Source of the DNA: an uncultured Verrucomicrobiales bacterium
GTDB taxonomy: Bacteria; Verrucomicrobiota; Verrucomicrobiia; Verrucomicrobiales; DEV007
Length of the DNA: 64,000 nt
Assembly: GCA_938091905.1 (NCBI GenBank)
Contig: CALKOM010000108.1
Location: 23,193 to 87,192 of the forward strand
Direction of reading: 5' to 3'
Shown here: positions 19,151 through 28,280 of the stretch, piece by piece
How the letters are laid out: every line of letters begins with the position of its first letter
Numbering within the stretch: position 1 is the first letter of the stretch
Program-made: the position numbers and the translations under genes
Notes under the pieces: generated by a model
Databases searched by the model: none
Seen by the model: only the letters and a program-made list of their open reading frames with translations
Told to the model about the DNA's origin: nothing

Positions 19151-19582
19151 CTACTTGTCAGAAGCGTCGCCTGCAGACTCAGCGGCTGCTTCAGGCTCGA
19201 TAGCGAAGTCGTCATCACTTTCGATCTGGTAATCGACCCACTCCAAGTAGGCCATAGGTGCAGCGTCGCTAAAGCGTGGGCCGAGCTTGGTGATACGGCA
19301 ATACCCACCCTGGCGGCCTTCGCTCGCCGGTGCGACCTCTTCAAAGAGCTTCTTCACGATGCCCTTCTGCTTCAGGAAAGCGGCAGCTTGGCGGCGTGCA
19401 TGAATCGTGCCGCGCTTGCCCAAGGTGACCATCTTCTCGGCGATGGGCTTGGTGGCTTTGGCTTTGGCTAAAGTAGTTTTGATGCGGCGATGCTCGATCA
19501 GGCTGCAAACTTGATTCGACAACATCGATTTCCGATGCGCCGCGTCGCGCTGCAGCTTCACTGTCTTACGTTGGTGTCTCAT
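19151..19582 (-). CDS. rplQ: 50S ribosomal protein L17
   Basis: MRHQRKTVKLQR...RIKTTLAKAK...GGYCRITKLGPRFSDAAPMA. Confidence 0.97.
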   Translation of the reverse strand: MRHQRKTVKLQRDAAHRKSMLSNQVCSLIEHRRIKTTLAKAKATKPIAEKMVTLGKRGTIHARRQAAAFLKQKGIVKKLFEEVAPASEGRQGGYCRITKLGPRFSDAAPMAYLEWVDYQIESDDDFAIEPEAAAESAGDASDK

Positions 19583-19619
19583 AGCGTATTGTTAGAAAAG
19601 GGACTTCGTGAGTCCAGTG

Positions 19620-20720
19620 TTAGTCATCGAGATTCCGGCTAATCAATGAAGCGAGGCCGCCACCATCATCGTCATCTGCGATGGTGAATCGGCTAGCAGG
19701 TTCACCGCCTTTGAGCATGGGCGACCCAAAGGGTGATTCGAGCAGTGCAGGATCGATTGTCATGCCGAGGCTGAGGCCCAGCTCTGACAACTTGTCCTTG
19801 ATCTCGTTGAGTGACTTTTTACCGAAGTTGCGGTACTTGAGCATTTCGGCCTCTGTCTTCATGGCAAGCTGGCCAACGGTGGTGATGTTGGCGTTGTTCA
19901 AGCAGTTCGCCGCACGGACAGAGAGTTCGATCTCATTGACGCTCATGTTGAGCAGCTTCTTGAGCTCTTGGTTCTCTTCGCTCTGAGCTTCAGGCGCTTC
20001 TTCAAATTCGATCTGGCTGTCGTCGTAGTCCACGAAGACGTCGAGGTGATGACGCAAGATGGAAGAAGCTTGCGTCAACGCATCGGGAGGTGAGAGGCGA
20101 CCGTCGGTCCAGATATCAAGGACGAGCTTGTCGTAGTCCGTCTTCTGACCGACCCGCGTGTTTTCCACACCATACTTCACGCGGCGGACCGGTGAGAAGA
20201 TAGAGTCGATAGGAATGACACCGATGGGCATGTCGCCACGCTTGTTCTCTTCGCCAGTGGCAAAGCCGCGGCCCACGCGAATTTCGAACTCGGCCTCGAA
20301 CTTGGTCTTGCGATCCAGGTGACAAATGACTTGGTCTGGATTCACAATCTCATACATCGTGTCCTGGGTGATGTCGCCAGCGGTGACAGGACCGCTCTTG
20401 TTCACGGAGAGAGAAAGGATGCGGGGCTCCTTGTCGTGGTGCTTGAAGCGGATCTGCTTCAAATTGAGAATGATCAGGGTCACGTCTTCAACGACGCCTG
20501 GCAACGTGGTGAACTCGTGAGGCGCTCCGGCGAGTTTCACGGAGGTGATGGCAGCGCCTTCCAAAGAGGAAAGGAGCACCCGGCGGAGGGAGTTGCCGAT
20601 GGTGTGACCATAACCACCTTCAAAAGGCTCCGCCGTGAACTGGCAATAGGTGTCGGTGGTCGTCGCCTCGTCTTTCGAGAGGCGATTCGGCATTTCGAAT
20701 CGGGCTAATCTTACTGGCAT
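19620..20720 (-). CDS. rpoA: DNA-directed RNA polymerase subunit alpha
   Basis: EPFEGGYGHTIGNSLRRVLLSSLEGAA and ELSVRAANCL...NFGKKSLNEI; start at MPVRLARFEMP. Confidence 0.97.
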   Translation of the reverse strand: MPVRLARFEMPNRLSKDEATTTDTYCQFTAEPFEGGYGHTIGNSLRRVLLSSLEGAAITSVKLAGAPHEFTTLPGVVEDVTLIILNLKQIRFKHHDKEPRILSLSVNKSGPVTAGDITQDTMYEIVNPDQVICHLDRKTKFEAEFEIRVGRGFATGEENKRGDMPIGVIPIDSIFSPVRRVKYGVENTRVGQKTDYDKLVLDIWTDGRLSPPDALTQASSILRHHLDVFVDYDDSQIEFEEAPEAQSEENQELKKLLNMSVNEIELSVRAANCLNNANITTVGQLAMKTEAEMLKYRNFGKKSLNEIKDKLSELGLSLGMTIDPALLESPFGSPMLKGGEPASRFTIADDDDGGGLASLISRNLDD

Positions 20721-20948
20721 GGTATCTTGGGTTTGCTGGGTTTCCCCTGACGAGCAGGATGACAGCCTTGTGTGGCAGCCATCCCAGGGACCTACAGCAG
20801 AATTGAGAGGCTCGCGGAACGCGGAGCTTGCATGCGGAAAGGACGTTTGCAACCGGAAATCCAGGAGTCTGAGCGACATTTTTGGAGGCCTATCGACGCT
20901 AGAAGGTCCCCTGAATCAGCGTATCATGGCTAATAGTCTTCCTTCCTG

Positions 20949-21419
20949 GTGCGATTTCTACTAGCCATCTGCTTCGCAGCCATTCTCGCGCCCTTAGTCG
21001 CCTTCTGGGTTTGGCTCCAGCAACGTCGGATTCTGAGATCGGGGCGGCCCCTCTCTAACCGGGAAGCAGGCCTGGCGGCAGCCGTTGGCATGACGGATCC
21101 AACAGTGTTACGGGTGTTGGTGCTGGAGACCGTGCCCATGCCGGGACCGCGTTGGGCACATCGATTCGCCCAGAGGCTTGGCTTTCCAGCCCTCACCGCT
21201 GCCGGGATGAGCTTAGGAAAAGGCATCTACCTGGACCAAAAGTTCGAAGATCGCCCGGTGCTCTTGGCTCATGAGTGTGTGCATTCGGCGCAATACGAGC
21301 GCCATGGAATCTTCGGCTTTCTCTGTCGCTACCTCTACCAATGTGTCCGGGCAGGCTATGCCAACGCCGCCTTTGAAAGGGAAGCGGTCGGTCGGTCAGA
21401 AGCCGCGTGCCGCACCTAA
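20949..21419 (+). CDS. DUF4157-like HExxH zinc-metallopeptidase domain protein with N-terminal TM helix
   Basis: GMSLGKGIY, LLAHECVHSAQYER and FEREA. Confidence 0.75.
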   Translation: MRFLLAICFAAILAPLVAFWVWLQQRRILRSGRPLSNREAGLAAAVGMTDPTVLRVLVLETVPMPGPRWAHRFAQRLGFPALTAAGMSLGKGIYLDQKFEDRPVLLAHECVHSAQYERHGIFGFLCRYLYQCVRAGYANAAFEREAVGRSEAACRT

Positions 21420-21420
21420 T

Positions 21421-22194
21421 CTAACGACCTAACAAAGCCCCCGCATCAACAACCAGTGTCTGTCCGGTGACCAGTCGCGAACCTTCTAACAAACTCTCGA
21501 CGGCCTGGGCCACATCTTCTGGAAGGGCTATCTTGCCCAAAGCGGAACCGGCTTCGTTGCGACTGGCTAGGGTCTGGTAATCATCGCCCAGACCGTCGTG
21601 AGTCCACTGCGAATCGATGAAACCTGGCGCAATCGCATTGACCCGGATCTTTGGCGCTAACGTCCGCGCCAAGGATTGTGTCAGGCTAATCAGGGCAGCT
21701 TTGGACGCACAATAGGGAATCGAACTTCCATTTCCGCAGATCCCCGCGATACTTGCAATGTTGATGATTTGGCCATTCCCAGAGGCACCCAGGGCTTCTT
21801 GGGCCGCCCGCGCACATTGAAAAGGCCCGCGCACATTCACGGCAAAGATACGATCCCACAACTCGGTACTGACGGCATCCAGTTGCTCGTGGGGAATGAA
21901 TTTCGTCGTTGCTGCATTGTTCACTAAGACGTCCAGACGCCCTAATTCTGCTAGCGCGTCGTCTACCATGGCACGACACGCCTCATCGTCTGAGGTGTCT
22001 CCTTGCACGATCACGGCCTTTACTCCAAGAGCTTCGATCGCCGCAGCCGTCTCCTCCGCCTGCGCCTTGGAATCCCGGTGATTGATCGCAACGTCATAGC
22101 CTCCCGACGCTAAGAGAAGTGCCGTGGCGCGGCCGACGCCTCTGCTTCCACCTGTAATGAGAACAGCTTTGTTAGATTGATTATTCGGAGCCAT
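21421..22194 (-). CDS. SDR family NAD(P)-dependent oxidoreductase
   Basis: TGGSRGVG, VNNA, YCASK and IRVNAIAPG. Confidence 0.92.
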   Translation of the reverse strand: MAPNNQSNKAVLITGGSRGVGRATALLLASGGYDVAINHRDSKAQAEETAAAIEALGVKAVIVQGDTSDDEACRAMVDDALAELGRLDVLVNNAATTKFIPHEQLDAVSTELWDRIFAVNVRGPFQCARAAQEALGASGNGQIINIASIAGICGNGSSIPYCASKAALISLTQSLARTLAPKIRVNAIAPGFIDSQWTHDGLGDDYQTLASRNEAGSALGKIALPEDVAQAVESLLEGSRLVTGQTLVVDAGALLGR

Positions 22195-22317
22195 GAAACA
22201 GCACCATCACCCAACGTAGAGGAACTCGCAAGAGTTCCTCGCGTAGGTCAAATTAGCTTCGCATCTCTGGCTAGCTCGTCTACACGGGCCCTGCGCAAGA
22301 ACCTGAGACAGACTTCG

Positions 22318-25300
22318 TCAATCGTGGATAACACGCAAGCGCATAAACCGTCTCATGGCCGGTGGTTCCTGGAGGGGAATGAGATCGCGGACGATTACCG
22401 TTTCCGCGTCGTCACCCTGATCGACAGTGTCTACAATAGATGAATTCATGCTCCAGCCTGTCAAATCGTTCCCGATCTCGACCAGGTAAGTGAGGTCCGC
22501 TGCATTCGTGATGCGTGTGAACCTAAGTGCCAGGTAGCTGTTCGAGTCGTGGCCCACAACGAGCCCCTCAAGCACACCATCCGAAACCTCTGGATCTGTC
22601 CCTAGCGCATACTCTAGCAGATTCGAGACACCGTCACCGTCAGGATCTGCGAGAACACCGCTGACCGTAGGATCAGCTTGCTCCGACACGCTGAATTTCG
22701 ATGCCGTCCACTCAGGAAGCGTCACCGAGAATCTCGTTTCCTCCGCCCCAGGGGTTCCCAGCGCTGCCCCACCGGCAGCCCAGCTAGCTTCCTCAGCCCA
22801 AGTTTCGAAACCTGCCCCGATGTCACGGATCACCAGCGCGTATCCCTTTCCGTCTGTAGGTGTGTGCCAAGTGTCATTGTAAGTGAATTCCAGGATGTTC
22901 TCGCCGATGTCGTCTAACAACTTCACAGACTCCCCATCGTTATTCAGACGCCCCGTGTATGCTCCAGCTACCACCGGGATCCCTCCATACCGAGCGCGGA
23001 AAGCCGGTTCATCACTGACGACGACTAGGTGGGCTCCTGGGGCCAGAGTAGTTCCTGGAGTGAAGGTGAAGACGATCCCATCGGCAAACTGAGCGCCGCT
23101 AAGATTGAGCACGATGCTTCCAGTATTTGTGAGTTCCACGTATTCAAAATCTGACCCGTCCCACTGTCCATTGATTGCGAGTTCAGCATCTGTGGGATCC
23201 GCCGGGTTGTATTGAACTTCCGAAACCCGCAGCGCACTCTGCATAGCGGAGGGCGCACCAGTATATGTCAAAGAATCCACAAGTGTGCCCTGATCATCAT
23301 GAAGTGTAATCGTTTCACCACGAGCGGACAGCTGACCAGCGTAGCCGTGGATGACAAAGCGTTGTTCTCCGCCTGTAGGGCTCGTGCTGCGACTGCGGAA
23401 TGACTTCGCATCGCGGGCAATGTGCAAGGTCTTACCTGACGGAATCACCGTGCCAGCGGGAATCGTCATGCGAACGGCATCGCCGATCACCCAGCTCGAA
23501 ATATCAACGGCCTCACTATGGGGATGGCTCAGGGTGAAATATTCTTCTAAAGGATTTCCCGAACTGGGGCTAAACTCTCCCATCGTGATGGAAACACTCC
23601 GATTCGTGGCTTGGGCAGGGGGCACGATGCCCGCCATGGTCTCATAGATGTAACTACGTCTTCCGGGCAGATGTTCAGTAATCAGTCGATTGGTAGCTTC
23701 GCCTGCTCGATGGTCGTTTCCCCACGAACCCCATTTCGCATAATCCAAATCGGCGTCCGTCGTAACTACAGCGCTAGGATCTAATCGCTCCAGCACTTCA
23801 TTGGCAACTACATCAACTCGAGCATTGACCGCGCCTGGCGGTCCAAGAATCTGATCATTCACTGTTCTAAGACGGCGCAGATACATATCGAGCAGCTCCG
23901 GATTATCGTAGATCAAATTATAGAAGTCGTTCCCGGGAAACGGGTCCAACGAGTTGTCCTGACTGAGCGTGTCATCAAAGTAACCAAGACCAACTATCCA
24001 ATTGCGCCCCCAGTTAAGGTCAATGTCCCAGATCAGCGGAACCCACTCGCCAGACCCTTCAGAATCCCGGTAAACATAATAGTTCTTGTGCCCGTGGTCA
24101 CGGTCGCTAATCATGACTCGCGCCGCCATATAGTTGACCAAGCCTGGCAGGTTCACATTGTCATAAGCGTAAGTGAGTTTCGCAGCACTTGACTGAAGCA
24201 GGCTTGTGCGCAGTGCAGTAAGATCCGCGCTTCCCTCGTCTCGACGCGTCTTTTTCTCAAAACTCAGCTGCCCACTATCAATCCGACTATACATCTTATA
24301 AAGCGCGCCGTTCTCGTCCAAACCAACACGGTCGAGGTAACGCTCATCACCGTCCTCGACCATGTCAGCCGTGCTGAAGAAGCTGCCGTTTTGCTGAACA
24401 CGTACGGGGAAACTGAAATGCACGGGCGCGCCGATTTCGGCCATGAGCCCGTAGCCAAGCGAGTTCCGAACCTTCGACTTGTCTGCCCAGTTCGTCAGCA
24501 GGTTGATGTCCTTGACTCGACGCTCTCCCTCTGCATAGCGGAACCGTTCTCCTTTGTTGAAATCGAAATCATAACTCTTCTTGGAGAAGCTGGCCGTCGA
24601 TTGCCCATGCAAATCCGTTAGGATATTGTCGTAGAACTGACCCAGAAAGTAGCAAGAGCCGCGCGTTCCCGTGCGACTATCTGCCGCGCTCGGCTCGTCG
24701 ACGAACCAGTGCAGGATAGGCAACTGCGACGTGCTCTCGGAGCTGTTCTTGGCCACCGTGCCGTGATATTCGGGAGAATCCAGCGGTTCGAGAAATGCTG
24801 GATCTGTAGTGATTTCGCCGCCTACATCGGTCGCCATAACACGCCAGCGAATCATCTCACCGGGTAGAAGGTTCGTGGTAACGATCTTTCCCGTGTAAAT
24901 GCCGTCTCCTGCCATCACGTCATCACCTGTACCAGCATCATTCATCGCAGTTGTCTTCTCCGCGTCATACATCACACGCCACAGAAGATCGACCGACGCA
25001 ATCCCTTGAGCCGTGGCCTGCACTTCCGTCGTGATGACTTGACCCGACGAACCGCCACTCACATCTAGACGCTCGACTGTGTCTGTGGTTTCCCCAATCA
25101 TTGGGCCAGGGTTGCTCACCCCCTCGCCGTTCGTTACACCCGGGCTTGGCCTTGTGAAATAATTCCTATTTCCGCTCAGCCCCATGGAAGCGAGTTCCCC
25201 CACGAGTTCCCATTTCCAAAGAGCATCATTGCTAGTAGTCGCTTGATTCAGACCATGCACTGCCAACACATTTACTCCCGAAGTGAGCGCGTAATCAGAA

Positions 25301-26205
25301 GCGCTGAATACAAATTCTTTGACGGCAACCGCGTCGGCGTCCGGGTGGTTCTCACCAACAGAATCATATGCGAGTGCGGTGGGATCGGTTGGAGCGTTAG
25401 CACTGGCCACCGGAACAGGATTCCCATTTAGGTAAGCCACAAAGCCATCGTCGTGACGGATTCGTAAGGTCAGTCCATTAACTTCCGTGGCACTGGCAAG
25501 AGTGAAACTGGATCGCATGTAAATGCCAATCGCTCCACCCAACATACTCTCTTGAACATCCGTCTGGATGTAGGCGTCATACGGATCGGGATCGTCAGCG
25601 GTATACCCAATCCCAAGAGGACCACTGGCCCATCCGGTATCACCAAAGCTTTGGTGAATCCAAGACGTCCCGAGATTGAGCGCACCTCCAATATAAACAT
25701 CGTTCGTGTCATCGCCAGGGAAGCTGTAACGAACAACAGCATCATCTTCGATGAGCACCGCTTGCCCACTCAACTCCCCCAGGCCGTAGGAGATATCGTC
25801 AAACTGATCGGGATAGGTCGGTATGTAGCCATGCTCGACGGTCGTGCCGTTCGGCTGCACCAGTGCTAGATAATCTCCACTCGCCTTCAGCTTGAAGTTT
25901 GCATGAAGCTCGCCTGCCGCATCGCGTCTATCCTTATCCGACGCAAAGATCAAGACCCGTTGATTAGCCCCAAGGGTCAGTGGAGGAAAGGTCCACTGCG
26001 TGGGCTGCGCAGGATCATCCGTCAACGACCAACCTGCCAGATTCACACCCGCCGAAGAAACATTTAGAATTTCTAACCAATCCGAACGATCACCATCCTC
26101 ATCTTTTAAGCCATTGGTATTCGCCGCCATGAACTCGGAAATCACCAAATTTTGAGCTGAAAGAGAGGCCTGACAAAATAGAAATGTAAAGAGGATGCCT
26201 TTCAT
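22318..26205 (-). CDS. Secreted CotH-kinase / lamin-tail-domain protein with C-terminal module
   Basis: Signal peptide; LTD (LVISEFMAAN...SDWLEI); CotH-like region (LHGQST...KKSYDFDF, DRDHGHKNYYVY, WDIDLNWG); further LTDs (LRVSEVQYNP); C-terminal DPDGDGVSNLLEYALGTDP...FMRLRV. Confidence 0.85.
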   Translation of the reverse strand: MKGILFTFLFCQASLSAQNLVISEFMAANTNGLKDEDGDRSDWLEILNVSSAGVNLAGWSLTDDPAQPTQWTFPPLTLGANQRVLIFASDKDRRDAAGELHANFKLKASGDYLALVQPNGTTVEHGYIPTYPDQFDDISYGLGELSGQAVLIEDDAVVRYSFPGDDTNDVYIGGALNLGTSWIHQSFGDTGWASGPLGIGYTADDPDPYDAYIQTDVQESMLGGAIGIYMRSSFTLASATEVNGLTLRIRHDDGFVAYLNGNPVPVASANAPTDPTALAYDSVGENHPDADAVAVKEFVFSASDYALTSGVNVLAVHGLNQATTSNDALWKWELVGELASMGLSGNRNYFTRPSPGVTNGEGVSNPGPMIGETTDTVERLDVSGGSSGQVITTEVQATAQGIASVDLLWRVMYDAEKTTAMNDAGTGDDVMAGDGIYTGKIVTTNLLPGEMIRWRVMATDVGGEITTDPAFLEPLDSPEYHGTVAKNSSESTSQLPILHWFVDEPSAADSRTGTRGSCYFLGQFYDNILTDLHGQSTASFSKKSYDFDFNKGERFRYAEGERRVKDINLLTNWADKSKVRNSLGYGLMAEIGAPVHFSFPVRVQQNGSFFSTADMVEDGDERYLDRVGLDENGALYKMYSRIDSGQLSFEKKTRRDEGSADLTALRTSLLQSSAAKLTYAYDNVNLPGLVNYMAARVMISDRDHGHKNYYVYRDSEGSGEWVPLIWDIDLNWGRNWIVGLGYFDDTLSQDNSLDPFPGNDFYNLIYDNPELLDMYLRRLRTVNDQILGPPGAVNARVDVVANEVLERLDPSAVVTTDADLDYAKWGSWGNDHRAGEATNRLITEHLPGRRSYIYETMAGIVPPAQATNRSVSITMGEFSPSSGNPLEEYFTLSHPHSEAVDISSWVIGDAVRMTIPAGTVIPSGKTLHIARDAKSFRSRSTSPTGGEQRFVIHGYAGQLSARGETITLHDDQGTLVDSLTYTGAPSAMQSALRVSEVQYNPADPTDAELAINGQWDGSDFEYVELTNTGSIVLNLSGAQFADGIVFTFTPGTTLAPGAHLVVVSDEPAFRARYGGIPVVAGAYTGRLNNDGESVKLLDDIGENILEFTYNDTWHTPTDGKGYALVIRDIGAGFETWAEEASWAAGGAALGTPGAEETRFSVTLPEWTASKFSVSEQADPTVSGVLADPDGDGVSNLLEYALGTDPEVSDGVLEGLVVGHDSNSYLALRFTRITNAADLTYLVEIGNDLTGWSMNSSIVDTVDQGDDAETVIVRDLIPLQEPPAMRRFMRLRVIHD

Positions 26206-26264
26206 AGATGGGTCGCGGTAGAAATACGCCACCTTGAAAGGTCCATCAATCGAATTGCACCGAC

Positions 26265-27122
26265 CTAGGTGCAGGCATACGCCTCTTCCCGTGCTCGAAG
26301 CACCTCGTAGACCTCCTGCACCGTCTCATGCAAGGTCGACGTGCCAGCTGTCACGCCAACAGTTTCGACGCCGTGAAACCATTCATCTCGAAGCTCCTCA
26401 GCAGTACCGACACGATAGGCCCTAACGCCGTAAGATTGCGCCGTCTTCACCAGTTGATGAGTGTTGTTACTGTGGCGACCACCTACGGCAATGACGACAT
26501 CGACCTGCTGGCAAAGGTCTCTCAAGGCCGACTGGCGATCCTTTGTTGGCTGACACACCGTGTCAATGAACTCGATCTCACTGTTAGGAAAGCGCCCGCG
26601 GAGATGAGCAACTAGCTGAGTAACGAGAGCGGTGGGCTGCGTCGTCTGGGAGACCACACCAAACTTAGCCTGAGGTGAGAGGTTTTCGATCTCAGCCTCA
26701 CTCAACACGACGTCGGCCGCCGGAAAGTCACCGGTTAGGCCCAACACTTCCACATGAGCCGCCTTACCGATGACCACCGGATGATAACCTGCTAGCACTA
26801 ACTCAGCCAAAGCATTGTGAGCCTTCTTTACCAGTGGGCAGGTGGTGTCGGTAACCCGAAAGCCCCGCTCTCTCCATGCCGATCGATCACGATCCGCAGC
26901 CCCGTGGGCGGTAATGACAACTTGGGGAGTTTCGGCACTATCAGGGTTGCGCAAATGCCCGTGTCGTACTCCAAGCTGATTCAGTTGTTCAGTAACGACT
27001 TCATTGTGGACGAGTTGTCCAAGAATCGTTGTCGGGCCGCTCGTGGCTGCGGCTTTGGTCGCCTTGAGGGCGTCACGGACGCCAAAGCACATGCCGTAGT
27101 GTTTCGCTAGAATGATGTTCAT
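26265..27122 (-). CDS. ispH: 4-hydroxy-3-methylbut-2-enyl diphosphate reductase
   Basis: GMCFGV, VHN, TAHG, DTTCPLV, DTVCQPT, SNNT and TAGTST. Confidence 0.95.
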   Translation of the reverse strand: MNIILAKHYGMCFGVRDALKATKAAATSGPTTILGQLVHNEVVTEQLNQLGVRHGHLRNPDSAETPQVVITAHGAADRDRSAWRERGFRVTDTTCPLVKKAHNALAELVLAGYHPVVIGKAAHVEVLGLTGDFPAADVVLSEAEIENLSPQAKFGVVSQTTQPTALVTQLVAHLRGRFPNSEIEFIDTVCQPTKDRQSALRDLCQQVDVVIAVGGRHSNNTHQLVKTAQSYGVRAYRVGTAEELRDEWFHGVETVGVTAGTSTLHETVQEVYEVLRAREEAYACT

Positions 27123-27160
27123 GGTGGGAGGTTGTTGGTATTCGATTGGGGAGCGGGAAT

Positions 27161-27175
27161 CTTTGTGTTACAAAG
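27161..27175. promoter_or_regulatory. Palindromic operator candidate upstream of ispH
   Basis: CTTTGTGTTACAAAG; 14 of 15 positions match the site at 28187-28201. Confidence 0.65.
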
Positions 27176-27221
27176 CATTACGTTCTGGAGGGGGGTCTAA
27201 GATACTGTATTGGCGAGGCTA

Positions 27222-27524
27222 TTAGCCGTTCTTACCTTGCTGCACGATAGCTTCGAGAATGTGCAAGTACTCTTGGAAGGCCTGCTTTCCTTGAGGGGTA
27301 ATGGCATACAACGAACGGCGCTTCACCTCGGTGTCTTTATAGGTGGCGACATAACCCTTCTCCGTGAGCGTCCGCAAATGCGTGATCAGGTTGCCGTCAC
27401 TCATCTGGAGATCAGCCTTGAGACCTTGGAAACCCAACTCCACGCGACTGGCGAGAAGGGTCATGATCGACAACCGTCCCTTTTCATGGATGGTCTTGTC
27501 GATCTTGGAGAAATCTATCATCAA
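27222..27524 (-). CDS. Winged-helix transcriptional regulator (HTH_34/ArsR-MarR-like)
   Basis: IHEKGRLSIMTLL, MSDGNLITHLRTL and YAITPQGKQAF. Confidence 0.88.
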   Translation of the reverse strand: MMIDFSKIDKTIHEKGRLSIMTLLASRVELGFQGLKADLQMSDGNLITHLRTLTEKGYVATYKDTEVKRRSLYAITPQGKQAFQEYLHILEAIVQQGKNG

Positions 27525-27536
27525 CCTAGGAGTCCG

Positions 27537-28178
27537 TTAGGCCTCAAGTGCAGAGTCTCGTTGTTGTGAACGCGTGTAGCCCGCGTAAAGGAGGTGGAAG
27601 AGCCCAAAAGTCATGGCCATGAGAATAGCTGCCATGCGTTGGGGGCTGATAGAAGAAGCGCTCTGCGCACCTCCTGCCCAGTGCACGGCCAACAGAAGGC
27701 TTCCAGTGAGCGTGAACGCCAGCCCTAACACGCGCAAGGAACGGGGACTAAAGCCGCTCGTCGCCATGAGTGCCAACCCATAAAAAGTGATCCAAACCAG
27801 GGTCGTCGCCACCAAGTCGGCTGCTGGCCCATAAGCCAATGCCAATCCCAACACACCACCGACGAACATCGGTGGTAATAATGCCTTCAGGGCCATTCTC
27901 AGTCCGGATGAGAGATAGGGCTCACCTTCCGTCTGGGCCGTTCTCCAGATCAAGCCGTGATGAATGGCGTTCACCAAGACGGCGATGCCTAACCAAATCG
28001 CGACCGTCGTTGCCGTATCGAACTGCTCACCAAGAAAGTAGAACGCAGCAGAAGCGACGAGCGCCAGCAGGCCACCAATGATTGCCGTGGGCACACTGAC
28101 CGCTCGATAGACGGTCGCCTTCTCCATGAGCCCTCGAATCACCTTGAGGTGCTCGAGAGCTTTATCGGAATCGTTCAT
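27537..28178 (-). CDS. Hypothetical integral membrane protein (about 6-7 TM segments)
   Basis: ALEHLKVIRGLMEKA N-terminus, several TM helices and FGLFHLLY; stop lies 12 nt before the regulator start. Confidence 0.8.
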   Translation of the reverse strand: MNDSDKALEHLKVIRGLMEKATVYRAVSVPTAIIGGLLALVASAAFYFLGEQFDTATTVAIWLGIAVLVNAIHHGLIWRTAQTEGEPYLSSGLRMALKALLPPMFVGGVLGLALAYGPAADLVATTLVWITFYGLALMATSGFSPRSLRVLGLAFTLTGSLLLAVHWAGGAQSASSISPQRMAAILMAMTFGLFHLLYAGYTRSQQRDSALEA

Positions 28179-28185
28179 ACACCAT

Positions 28186-28213
28186 ACTTTGTATTACAAA
28201 GTTACTGGGTCAA
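28186..28213 (-). promoter_or_regulatory. Putative promoter (-35 TTGACC) overlapped by a palindromic operator
   Basis: ACTTTGTA-T-TACAAAGT (28186-28202) lies 7 nt before the ATG; TTGACC on the minus strand at 28213-28208. Confidence 0.7.
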
Positions 28214-28280
28214 GCAGGAAATAGTCGGGATATCGATCGTGAGACGCCCTCACTTCAGGACAGACCGGCAACCTCAGAGA

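Noticed and set aside
20949..21419. Contractile injection system locus suggested by the DUF4157-like domain
   Set aside because: No sheath, tube, baseplate or spike genes are in the window.
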